Below are positions 42,822 through 52,024 of a stretch of DNA of 64,000 nucleotides, one piece after another. Location: positions 4,014 to 68,013 of the forward strand of contig JAXGYI010000006.1 in NCBI GenBank assembly GCA_040772365.1. Reading direction: 5' to 3'. The translations under genes were made by a program, and so were the position numbers. The DNA comes from Candidatus Moraniibacteriota bacterium (lineage in GTDB: Bacteria; Patescibacteriota; Minisyncoccia; Moranbacterales; GCA-2747515). Under the pieces are notes generated by a model. The model did no database searches. It was not told the DNA's origin and worked only from the letters and a program-made list of their open reading frames with translations. Each line of letters starts with the position of its first letter. Position 1 is the first letter of the stretch.

Positions 42822-42941
42822 AATTTTTCGTCTAGGTTTTTTAAAATTATTTCAAAAATTGATTTTTAAGTAACACAAAAGGTCCCGCGAGCCGGACGAC
42901 AATCCCTTTCGAGACTGCCCGATGAACCTTTCGGAACATCG

Positions 42942-42988
42942 ACCTAGACGAATAAGCGCCGGTCACGAGACCGTTTCTATTCGTCTAG
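42942..42988. repeat. perfect 12-bp inverted repeat (CCTAGACGAATA ... TATTCGTCTAGG) with 23-bp spacer; a third CGTCTAGG copy at 42827-42838
   Basis: Read directly from the sequence. Lies about 100 bp downstream of the serine recombinase gene. Confidence 0.45.
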
Positions 42989-43087
42989 GATTCATATATT
43001 CTGCCATGCCCACGCCTTTCGTCATGGGTTTAGGCAATGTTGTACCCCAATTATTACATTTTTAAGGAACCTTTTCAATACCTGTGG

Positions 43088-44458
43088 TTATTTCATGGGG
43101 GTCTCATCTTTTTTGGCTAGTTTTAACTTCTTATTTATAAAAATAAGCCTGCTTTTCAGGCCTGCTAGCAACTCTCGCTTTTCATCAATTTTTCCTTCCC
43201 TTAGGACATACTTGGCATAAGTTCTGATATCAAAATTTTCTTGGAGCTTGGCTTCTTTTTCTTTGCCTTGCATCATGAGTACAGTTTTCTGGAACTGGTT
43301 GTATCTTTCGATTTCTTCCTCAAATTGTTTTCTAAGACCGATCTCATCAATTTCTAGTTCATCAACAATTTTCACTAGATCATTTATTAAATCTATTTCT
43401 CTCGCGTATCCAGCTTTGCAATGCAGATCTCTCGCCTTGGTACATCCATAGTAGATATGTTTATTTAGCCCGCCATTTTTTAATTGCTTGTATTTTTCTG
43501 TGGCAGTAATTCCCGAACCGCAATGTCCACAAGTTATGAGTTTGGTAAATGCGAACTCGCGACCTTCTCTGACAATGCGATCTCGCTTAAGTTGCTCTTG
43601 AGTGAGTTCGAATAATTCTTTTGTGATAAGCGGTTCATGATTTCCTTGATACCAATTTCCGCTATCTTTGGGATATTCAAATGGTCCATAATAGAAGGTA
43701 TTTTGAAGAAGCCGATAAATATTACTTAGTGAAAGATTTTTATTACTTTTGCCTTTGAAGTTCAATTCAAACCTAAGCCAATGATAAACCTTTCTTCCGC
43801 TCCAGTGATCGTATCCGACTTTTTCAAACATCCTTTTTATGATCGGTCCTCGAATTGGATCAATGACTACTCGGCAATTTCGCTCAGACAATCTTTCGTT
43901 GATATATCCAGTTGGAGTGCATGTTGGCCAAATACCCATTTCGCATCTTGCACGAAGTCCTCGCTTCACATTGATGCCCCTGTTATCATTTTCAAGTTTG
44001 GCTTGCGAGCATAAAATCATTAGCAAAAATTTTTCATTGGGAGAATTTTTGAATTGCTGACCATAAGTTCTGATTTCCATCAGAAGTTTTTGATCCATTA
44101 AATCAACCAGCGTTCCAAGATCGCCAGCGTTTCTGCTTAAACGATCGGGTGCCCAAGTCAGTATTCCGTTAAATTTATCTCTCCGAATATCTTCAATAAG
44201 TTCATTAAAAACTGGTCTTTGCGCTGAATCCTTAGCTGAGTGACTTTCACGTCTGATTTCCACAATTTCCAAATTCTCACGCTCCGCGATCTGGAGCATT
44301 TCTTTGACTTGGGAATCAATTGAAAGCACTTGGCGTTCCTCGGATTCGGTTGATTTTCTTGCGTACAGGCAATATTTGACCTTAGTCGGTTCTGCCTCTT
44401 GCTGGCCTTGAAAACCCTTGGAAATCCCTATTTTTTGCTCTACGGTTGTGTTATTCAT
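43088..44458 (-). CDS. large serine recombinase (resolvase/integrase family)
   Basis: N-terminal catalytic domain 'CLYARKSTESEERQVLSIDSQ' with the Ser nucleophile. Recombinase domain and C-terminal zinc ribbon 'CGHCGSG...YYGC'. Confidence 0.85.
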   Translation of the reverse strand: MNNTTVEQKIGISKGFQGQQEAEPTKVKYCLYARKSTESEERQVLSIDSQVKEMLQIAERENLEIVEIRRESHSAKDSAQRPVFNELIEDIRRDKFNGILTWAPDRLSRNAGDLGTLVDLMDQKLLMEIRTYGQQFKNSPNEKFLLMILCSQAKLENDNRGINVKRGLRARCEMGIWPTCTPTGYINERLSERNCRVVIDPIRGPIIKRMFEKVGYDHWSGRKVYHWLRFELNFKGKSNKNLSLSNIYRLLQNTFYYGPFEYPKDSGNWYQGNHEPLITKELFELTQEQLKRDRIVREGREFAFTKLITCGHCGSGITATEKYKQLKNGGLNKHIYYGCTKARDLHCKAGYAREIDLINDLVKIVDELEIDEIGLRKQFEEEIERYNQFQKTVLMMQGKEKEAKLQENFDIRTYAKYVLREGKIDEKRELLAGLKSRLIFINKKLKLAKKDETPMK

Positions 44459-44524
44459 ATAGTTATTACTTTATCTAATGAATGACGCAACCCTTGAATG
44501 AAGTCCAGACCCCTTAGAAATCTG

Positions 44525-45964
44525 CTAAAATCCCATCGGTTTTCTGGCAAAAACCCTTGGTGATCGCTTGTCCATTTTCACTGCCTCTCTGGCAACTATC
44601 GTAAAAGCATCAACCAAATCGTCGTGTTTTTCCTTGCCAAAACCAATGAGGTTTTCTATTAATTCTTCTGCTCCAATTTTGGGAAAGAGAATTCTACCAC
44701 TTGGGATAAGATTACTTATGGATGCAAGACGTGCGCGTTTGTCTGAAGTAACCTTACTGCCTTCAGCTTTGCAACCCTGAATGATTAACTGTTCAATGGC
44801 AACTCTTTGATATCCAACATCCTCAACAAAAATAATCCTATATCCCAAATATTGAAGCGATTCATACAGCAACTTAATTTGTTCAATGGTTTCTGTGAAA
44901 TTAAATCTGCTGTTTATTGGATTGGGCAAAATATAAATATGAAAATCTTTTCCATGTCCATAAATTGCAGCACTAACTATAGCAGTAAAGTCTGCTGACG
45001 TTTTTTGTGATATTGCCAAATCGGCTCCTATAATAACTTTCCTACATCTTCCCTTGGGTAAGGATGGATAATATTTGATTTGATCAGGATAAACAATCTG
45101 GTCTTCATCGGGAATTATCTCCAGCAGGTACTCACGTTTCCATGCAATCTCATTTCCAATGTTTTTATGTTCAATCTCAATATCTTTTAGAGTTGGATAT
45201 TTTCCTGACCACAATATTTCTCCTTTATCATCTACAAGAGGATAAGACTTAAAGACTCCGGTCGAACTTCCTTCTTCAATATCTCGTTTCAAATGCATCA
45301 GTAAAGAGTCTTCATGAAGAAGATTCCCAACAATCACAAGTTTTGTATTTCTATCTCCAGTAGGAATCACTTCACCCTTAAGCCAATCGTATGTTTTTTG
45401 TCGACCTTCTTTTGTTTTGGCTGATGCCATATCTTCAACATCGTCGCCAATAATTAAATCTGGGCGATGTGCTCCATGACGGAGTCCACGAATACTTTGC
45501 TCAGTAGATGCAACAGAAATTCTGGCGTTCATATTGGAAAAAACAAGAGAAGAAGAGCCCCACTCATCACTTTCTTCTTGAAAGGGTCCGAGATCATTTT
45601 TTAGTAACTGATTGCTTTCAAGCTCACGTTTAAGATTTATCATGTGCTGCTTTGCTTGATTTCTGGTTTGGCAAAGAATTAACACAAACTTCTTTTGTTG
45701 TTTTCCAAGAATTGCCCATATTGGATATGAGGTTGTAATTATGGTGGATTTTCCAGAACCCCGAAAAGCTACTATGTATAAATTTTTAACTTTTTTATCT
45801 TCCGTAAGATTAAACATTTCTTCTTGGAAATATGCAGTCTCATATTTTACATAATGAGGAAAATAGAAATTGAAAAACATGATATGACTTTCTTTAGTCA
45901 CCGCAATTCTGACAGCTCTGTCAGACATCATCCTATTAGTTAATTTTTTGTTTATTACTTTCAT
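44525..45964 (-). CDS. phage terminase large subunit
   Basis: Walker A 'AFRGSGKST', Walker B 'LIIGDDVED', C-terminal RNaseH-like nuclease 'IGADLAISQKTSADFTAIV'. Confidence 0.75.
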   Translation of the reverse strand: MKVINKKLTNRMMSDRAVRIAVTKESHIMFFNFYFPHYVKYETAYFQEEMFNLTEDKKVKNLYIVAFRGSGKSTIITTSYPIWAILGKQQKKFVLILCQTRNQAKQHMINLKRELESNQLLKNDLGPFQEESDEWGSSSLVFSNMNARISVASTEQSIRGLRHGAHRPDLIIGDDVEDMASAKTKEGRQKTYDWLKGEVIPTGDRNTKLVIVGNLLHEDSLLMHLKRDIEEGSSTGVFKSYPLVDDKGEILWSGKYPTLKDIEIEHKNIGNEIAWKREYLLEIIPDEDQIVYPDQIKYYPSLPKGRCRKVIIGADLAISQKTSADFTAIVSAAIYGHGKDFHIYILPNPINSRFNFTETIEQIKLLYESLQYLGYRIIFVEDVGYQRVAIEQLIIQGCKAEGSKVTSDKRARLASISNLIPSGRILFPKIGAEELIENLIGFGKEKHDDLVDAFTIVAREAVKMDKRSPRVFARKPMGF

Positions 45965-46344
45965 TTCCGCTTCTTAAAAGATGCGAGGCGCAAAGCTTCT
46001 CTAACTGCACTAGCTTGTTCTGGTGTTAATTCTTCTTGCGGTTCTGATTTTGTTGTAATCTCAACACGTTCTTTGAACTTTTCATGACGATGATTTAACC
46101 AAAATCTAATCGCTGGAAAATTCTTTTCTTTGATTAATGATATGAGTTGAGACTCGCTCATATCATTTACCAGGGCTTCACCTTCAGACAATGCTTCATC
46201 CAAAACTTTACGAAACTTCTTATCCTTATCTCGCCAACGATAAACGGTAGCTCGAGAAACTCCAGCTTTCTCGCAAGCCACTTGGATGATTGGAATTTTC
46301 TTGAGATTATCCAAAAAAAGTTTTTTAGTGTCATTGCTTTTCAT
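45961..46344 (-). CDS. HTH DNA-binding protein, terminase small-subunit-like
   Basis: 'IQVACEKAGVSRATVYRWRDKD' HTH. Sits directly upstream of the terminase large subunit with a 4-nt overlap. Confidence 0.5.
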   Translation of the reverse strand: MKSNDTKKLFLDNLKKIPIIQVACEKAGVSRATVYRWRDKDKKFRKVLDEALSEGEALVNDMSESQLISLIKEKNFPAIRFWLNHRHEKFKERVEITTKSEPQEELTPEQASAVREALRLASFKKRK

Positions 46345-46622
46345 ATTTGTTTTGCCTTTATTCCAAAAGTTTTATCAAATCGATTGATAATTGTTTGGCA
46401 ATATTCAGGATCAAGTTCGACCATCACACATTTTCTTTTGGTTTGTTCACATGCCACCATAGTTGAGCCGCTGCCTCCGAAGCAGTCATAAATAACTTCA
46501 CCGATTTCCGTACTATTGAGAATAATTCTGCGAAGTAGACCGATTGGTTTTTGTGTAGGATGCAATGAACTTTTATTTGGCTTTGGATAGTAAAGAATCG
46601 ATTTATCAATGATACGAGGCAA
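46341..46622 (-). pseudogene. truncated beta-class N6-adenine/N4-cytosine DNA methyltransferase (C-terminal fragment only)
   Basis: 'HPTQKPIGLLRRIIL...DCFGGSGSTMVA' (SAM-binding FxGxG end of beta-class MTases). No DPPY/NPPY catalytic motif in frame upstream. Confidence 0.55.
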
Positions 46623-46805
46623 ATAATTAAATGTTTAAGGAATAAAATATTGCTTAAAGATGATTTAACCACTGAAGATGAAGAGTTTCTTGGAAAATTA
46701 AACGAGGCACATAGCTTTCAACCATACTTAGGTAGTGGAAATAAATTCAAGGAAAGCGTTCAGAAATTATTTGAAAAATAGAATAATTAAGTATCTCATA
46801 AACAA

Positions 46806-49211
46806 ATGGAAAGTAAGCCATACTCAGTCTATATAGATCATCGCCCTACAAGGATAGCATTCTTAGTTAATCCTGATGGTGATCAAGCTTGGATTGATAG
46901 AATAATTGAATATAACAGAGAAAAATGGGGTGGAAGATTCAACCCCATTATTTTTACCGATGGAAAAAATATCGAAGATAAGTGGTGGAAATTCTTAAAG
47001 GATTATGATCCAGATATTATCAAGTCTACAATGCCACTTGAAGACGATCTTCTTAAAAAGATTCGAATATTTTTAACACCTTATTCTGTAGAAGTTCCTC
47101 GCCAAGATGAACAATATATACATATTCCTGATGACCCAGTTTCAATATTTCCCACCAAACAAGGAATTTTGCAAATTTCTAGAAGCTTCATGGATGATGC
47201 TGCGAGTCTGGTAATGTTTGATGTTGAAAAAGATACTCCTGATTCTATAAAAAAGTTTTTAGAAAGAAATTTTGGTGTTCAAGAGGATAATCAAAGTACT
47301 CCATATTATATAAGAAAGTCCCTAAGAAACTGCGACAAAAAAATATACAAAATTAAAGATTTTGAATCCCTAAATGAAGCCCTCTTAGATTTAGGAGATT
47401 TTCATAATAGAATTGTATTTCCTGCTCAAATATGTTCGATTCCAAATTATTTTAAAGACACCGCTTGGAGCAATGAAACAGAAAAATTTACAGTTGTTAT
47501 AGGAGACACGCCTGATGAATTAGCGTACCTATGGAACAGAGCTTTGCAGATTAAAAGCTGGCTAAGGCAAGATTTTACATGTCTTTGGTTGTCCAATGAA
47601 TTAGCAAATAATGAAATCATTAAGCCAGGATTAACAAAACTCTTTATTCGCTTTTCTGAAAGAGTTGGGAATGATAATTATCGTGGAATAAATTTCGTAT
47701 CTTTTTCATTATCGGAACAAGAAATAACTACTTTTTCATCAAGTATTGATGGATCATTATGGAGGCCACGGCAAATAATCAAGTACAATGAAATTCAAAT
47801 ACCCAATTTTGATAACAGGGCATCATTTTTTATTTTGAAACGAGGTCTCGAACTTTACAGGGCTCATTCCGAGGAAGAGCACATTATAATAAATGAACCT
47901 AATACAGAAGAGGGTGTTATGGGTGGTCAACATTGGGTTATTGATTTGCATATTCAATATCGGCCAGAATTATTCGAAAACATACAAGGAATAGATTACT
48001 GGTGGCAATTACCAAGAAGAGCAAATATTTTTCATAGCTTAAGGATGTTTAATAAGGAGACAAGAATAAATGAAGATGGGATGTTTAGTATTAAGATGCG
48101 AAGAAAATCTCACATTGAGCCAGATGAAAATATTTTAGTAGTTAGACTTCCACAAGAAAGAGGAATTTTTCATGCACTAACCTGTGGAGATAGTTATGAT
48201 TTTTATAAAGGAACTGACAGAGAACGATTTATGTCCAGACCTTTTGATTCCATGCAACGCTCAGATAAGGGCATGTATTTATCTGGAATTTTAAGCTTAT
48301 TTCCTGACCTGTTGAATGCTCATTACCAAATAGAAGATAGCTATTGGAGAAGTATTTTTGAAAAAATGTCTAACAGAAATGCTAATAAGGATCCCGATAG
48401 AAAAACAGAGATAAAAAACAAATTAAAGAAAATTATTGATAAAAATCAGGATTATAATGATCCTCAAAAACTAGATTATCTAGCTGAGAAAGTTTTAGTA
48501 ATGGCAAAAAATAATTCAGTACAAGAGGTTGAATTTTATTTCAAAGATTTTCTTAAAAATTATACCAACGACGAGGGAAAGAAATTTTCAGATTTAGAGA
48601 CAGAAGAAGCTGAGAGAGCAAAAAATGATATAAAGGATAATATTTCAGGCTTGATAGAGCAAAACATTTTATTAGCTGGCATTAAGCCTAGATGTCCGCG
48701 TTGTGGCTATAGAATTTGGTACCACATAAACGAAACTCAGCAACATATTGATTGTAAAGGATGTGGCCATATTTTTTCCCTAGATGGTGAAGAAAGGTGG
48801 TCTTATAAGTTAAACAGCCTTGTGAGATCCGCTTTTTCACTGCATGGGACAATCCCTGTTTTATTAGCACTCGGACAATTGCAACATGATGTTAGATCAT
48901 CGTTTATATTTTTCCCTGGAATTGAACTTATTTCGAAAGATGAAGAAGAAAAAATAGATAATGAAATCGATTTGATTTGTATTAAGGATGGAAAATTTAT
49001 TATAGGTGAGATAAAACAAACGATAGGATTATTTTGTCCGGAGGATTTCAAGCGCATGGAGAAAGTTGCAAAATTAATCAAACCAGATAAAGTAATTTTT
49101 TCTTCACTTGATAAGCAACCAACTGTATATGTAAATAAGGCAATTGAATCTTTAAGAAATAATCTTAAAGATTTGGAAATTGAAGTTGAATGGTATCAAC
49201 TCCATTTTTAG
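46806..49211 (+). CDS. large hypothetical protein with C-terminal zinc ribbon and possible PD-(D/E)xK nuclease-like motif
   Basis: 801 aa, very AT-rich. 'CPRCGYRIWYHINETQQHIDCKGCGH' followed by 'IDLICIKDGKFIIGEIKQ' (D...ExK spacing). No other recognisable domain. Confidence 0.5.
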   Translation: MESKPYSVYIDHRPTRIAFLVNPDGDQAWIDRIIEYNREKWGGRFNPIIFTDGKNIEDKWWKFLKDYDPDIIKSTMPLEDDLLKKIRIFLTPYSVEVPRQDEQYIHIPDDPVSIFPTKQGILQISRSFMDDAASLVMFDVEKDTPDSIKKFLERNFGVQEDNQSTPYYIRKSLRNCDKKIYKIKDFESLNEALLDLGDFHNRIVFPAQICSIPNYFKDTAWSNETEKFTVVIGDTPDELAYLWNRALQIKSWLRQDFTCLWLSNELANNEIIKPGLTKLFIRFSERVGNDNYRGINFVSFSLSEQEITTFSSSIDGSLWRPRQIIKYNEIQIPNFDNRASFFILKRGLELYRAHSEEEHIIINEPNTEEGVMGGQHWVIDLHIQYRPELFENIQGIDYWWQLPRRANIFHSLRMFNKETRINEDGMFSIKMRRKSHIEPDENILVVRLPQERGIFHALTCGDSYDFYKGTDRERFMSRPFDSMQRSDKGMYLSGILSLFPDLLNAHYQIEDSYWRSIFEKMSNRNANKDPDRKTEIKNKLKKIIDKNQDYNDPQKLDYLAEKVLVMAKNNSVQEVEFYFKDFLKNYTNDEGKKFSDLETEEAERAKNDIKDNISGLIEQNILLAGIKPRCPRCGYRIWYHINETQQHIDCKGCGHIFSLDGEERWSYKLNSLVRSAFSLHGTIPVLLALGQLQHDVRSSFIFFPGIELISKDEEEKIDNEIDLICIKDGKFIIGEIKQTIGLFCPEDFKRMEKVAKLIKPDKVIFSSLDKQPTVYVNKAIESLRNNLKDLEIEVEWYQLHF

Positions 49212-49229
49212 CTAAAACTTTTACTAATA

Positions 49230-50324
49230 ATGAATAATTACAAACATCTCCGAGATTGCATCTACTACAGCGAGCTATACGACCGCATGACAATCGACGA
49301 ATGCGAATGTTGGGATAGCGAAGTTTATGATGCTTATGTAAAATCGGGTAAAAAGTTTGACCCAGCAAAACCATCGCGAAGACTTCATGGCGGACTTTTG
49401 GCGGATCTTCACTTGCATTTTGTTAAAGGTGAACGCTATCTTGATAAGGAAACCACGATCAATGAATGGATGAAACGCGATCAAGCAAAAGATGAAAAAC
49501 TGGAAAATGCCATTGAGACAAAAGGCGTGCGTTGCCTTCATTGCAGTAGATCACTAACTAACTGCATTTCTCGTGATCTGATGATTGACTCTAAGGGCAA
49601 TGAAGAAGTTGTCTTTTTATTTGAATGCGACAAATGCCATAAGCGCAGAGCCTATTGGGAAAACGGAATTGAATGGCGACCAAAACCAGTATTGTGTGAG
49701 AAATGTAATTCAGAAATGGAAAGCAGTCATAATAAAAAAGGAAGCGTTGTTGAAACCAGTTACCGTTGCCTTAAGTGTCATCACAAAACCACTTTTAGCT
49801 ACGATCTTAATGAAAAAGAAGAAGCTATTGATCCAAACTTCGAATCCAAGCGAAAGAAGTATTGCCTTTCGAAAGAAGAAGGCATTGAATATTCTATCGG
49901 TAAAGGACATCTTGAGGCAGCAACCAATCTCATGAAAGATATGGAAGAAAGAGAATCTAATAGTGACCTTTATGATGCTATTGCAAAAATAAAGAAGCTT
50001 ACTGTTGCGGAGCTTCAAAGTTTCCTTGATCCAGTCATAGAAAAAGCTGGCTATACCAAGCTTGAGTTTGAAAAGCCAGATATTCAAAAGGATGTGGTTT
50101 TAGGATTCGGCATTCAAGATGCTAAATCTGGCAGAAATGACCGCGAAAGCATTTATGATCTCCAAAGACTTCTCAAAACTAGCTTAAAGCCTACAAATTG
50201 GCGTCTAATGAGCGACGGGGTGAACTACCGCCTTGGATACCTCCAAGGTCGTTTAAAGGGCTTGGAAGGCGAAGAAAATCTCCGAAAGCTTGTTGAATGT
50301 TATAATAAAAATAAGATGAAATAA
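49230..50324 (+). CDS. hypothetical multi-zinc-ribbon protein
   Basis: 364 aa. CxxC pairs 'CLHCSRS...CDKCHKRR...CEKCNSE...CLKCHH'. 18 nt after the upstream gene. Confidence 0.45.
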   Translation: MNNYKHLRDCIYYSELYDRMTIDECECWDSEVYDAYVKSGKKFDPAKPSRRLHGGLLADLHLHFVKGERYLDKETTINEWMKRDQAKDEKLENAIETKGVRCLHCSRSLTNCISRDLMIDSKGNEEVVFLFECDKCHKRRAYWENGIEWRPKPVLCEKCNSEMESSHNKKGSVVETSYRCLKCHHKTTFSYDLNEKEEAIDPNFESKRKKYCLSKEEGIEYSIGKGHLEAATNLMKDMEERESNSDLYDAIAKIKKLTVAELQSFLDPVIEKAGYTKLEFEKPDIQKDVVLGFGIQDAKSGRNDRESIYDLQRLLKTSLKPTNWRLMSDGVNYRLGYLQGRLKGLEGEENLRKLVECYNKNKMK

Positions 50325-50328
50325 ATTT

Positions 50329-51129
50329 ATGATAATTGATTCTCACATTCACATCTCACTATACAATGACAATGCAAAATCATTGCCGGAAGCTTTTGAT
50401 TTGTTCTTGCAAAAGATGGAGAAAAATGAAATAAGTGGCGCGATAATTATTCCGGATAATATAGAAGGCAGTGACAGCATTGCTGATTTGGAAAAAGCTA
50501 TTACATTGATTGGTGCGCGCAAAAACTTGTTCCTTCTGGGCAGTCCGCAAATCATTCAGAGAGGATCAAGTGAATTGGAAAAATATCGAAAGCTTTTGGA
50601 GGATGGAAAAGTAAAAGGACTCAAATTTTTTTCGGGTCACGATCCTTATTATCCGACCGATGAGCGCTGTCAGCCGTATTATGAACTATGTCAAAAATTG
50701 GATGTGCCGGTTTTATTTCATACTGGTGAGAACTCAGGCGACAGCGAATGTGGCAAATGGAATGACCCAAGATATATCGTTGAGGTAGCCAAAAAATATC
50801 CCAAACTAAAAGTTGTCATTACTCATTATTATTGGCCAAAAATGGAATATTGTTATGACATAACTAGGGACATTTCAAATATCTACTTTGAAACGGCGGC
50901 CATGGCTGATGCCGAAGTGGTTGAAAAAAGCGGCGGGATTGAAAAGGTCAAAGAAATATTGCAAAAAACTATTACTGATCGACCGGACAAAGTTATTTTT
51001 GGCACCGACTGGCCGATGTGCAAAATTGAGGAGCATGTTGAGCTAGTGAAATCATTGGGGTTGAATAAGGATTTAGAAGAAGGGATATTTTGGGGAAATG
51101 CAAAGAAAGCTTATAATCTTCCGTTATAA
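50329..51129 (+). CDS. amidohydrolase-2 family TIM-barrel metal-dependent hydrolase
   Basis: 'MIIDSHIH' HxH metal site, 'LFHTGE', 'VVITHYY', 'FGTDWPM' Asp. 4 nt after the upstream gene. Confidence 0.7.
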   Translation: MIIDSHIHISLYNDNAKSLPEAFDLFLQKMEKNEISGAIIIPDNIEGSDSIADLEKAITLIGARKNLFLLGSPQIIQRGSSELEKYRKLLEDGKVKGLKFFSGHDPYYPTDERCQPYYELCQKLDVPVLFHTGENSGDSECGKWNDPRYIVEVAKKYPKLKVVITHYYWPKMEYCYDITRDISNIYFETAAMADAEVVEKSGGIEKVKEILQKTITDRPDKVIFGTDWPMCKIEEHVELVKSLGLNKDLEEGIFWGNAKKAYNLPL

Positions 51130-51191
51130 TTTGCCAAATAATTCAAAAGACGCTAGCATATAAAAATTAAAAAATAATACTATTAAGTAAC

Positions 51192-51956
51192 ATGAAATCA
51201 CAAATTTACAATCAGGCCAAATATTACGAAATCGCTTTTAGCTTTGTTGATTCAGAAAGACAAGCCGATTTGTTTGAGAAGTTTATAAAAAAATATAGCA
51301 AGACGGGCGTAAAATCTGTTTTGGATTTGGCTTGCGGAACTGCTCTGCAACTCAGGGAAATGGCAAAAAGAGGATACAAATCAATCGGCCTGGATGCTAG
51401 TTCAAAAATGCTGGATTATTTGAAATGTGAATCTGAAAAAAATGGATTGAATGTAAACACAATCAAAGCTGATATCAATAATTTTAAGCTCAAGGAAAAA
51501 ATTGATTTTGCGTATATAATGATGGGGTCTATCATCTATGTCAAAAGCAATGATTTATTTCTTTCACATTTAAATTCAGTCGCGGATTCGCTAAATTCCG
51601 GCGGACTGTATCTTATAGAAAATCTCGCTATAAATTGGGCTGATCCATCTTTTTTTAAACCGCAACGCTGGATAATGAAAGAGGGTAAAATTAAGGTAAA
51701 AACAACTTATCAAATAATTCCGAAAAATCCGCTGAAACAAACAGTGACCCAAATATTAAAGATGGAAGTAGACGACAATGGAAAAAAGATGGAATTTATC
51801 GATAAGGATGATCTTAAGATAATTTTCCCTGAAGAATTGAGACTCCTTGTGGATAAAAATAGTAAGTTTGAATTAATTGGTTTTTTTGAGAGAAATAACG
51901 CGAAGCTATTAAAGAATGTTTCGCCCGATAATATTGTTTTATTAAGGAAAAAATAG
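51192..51956 (+). CDS. class I SAM-dependent methyltransferase
   Basis: Motif I 'VLDLACGTA' and post-I acidic 'GLDAS'. No DNA-MTase catalytic motif. Confidence 0.75.
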   Translation: MKSQIYNQAKYYEIAFSFVDSERQADLFEKFIKKYSKTGVKSVLDLACGTALQLREMAKRGYKSIGLDASSKMLDYLKCESEKNGLNVNTIKADINNFKLKEKIDFAYIMMGSIIYVKSNDLFLSHLNSVADSLNSGGLYLIENLAINWADPSFFKPQRWIMKEGKIKVKTTYQIIPKNPLKQTVTQILKMEVDDNGKKMEFIDKDDLKIIFPEELRLLVDKNSKFELIGFFERNNAKLLKNVSPDNIVLLRKK

Positions 51957-52024
51957 TTTCATTTTAAAATTATATAAGGAAAATGACCGGCTTTTCAGTC
52001 GGTCATTTTGTTTTGTGAAGATTC

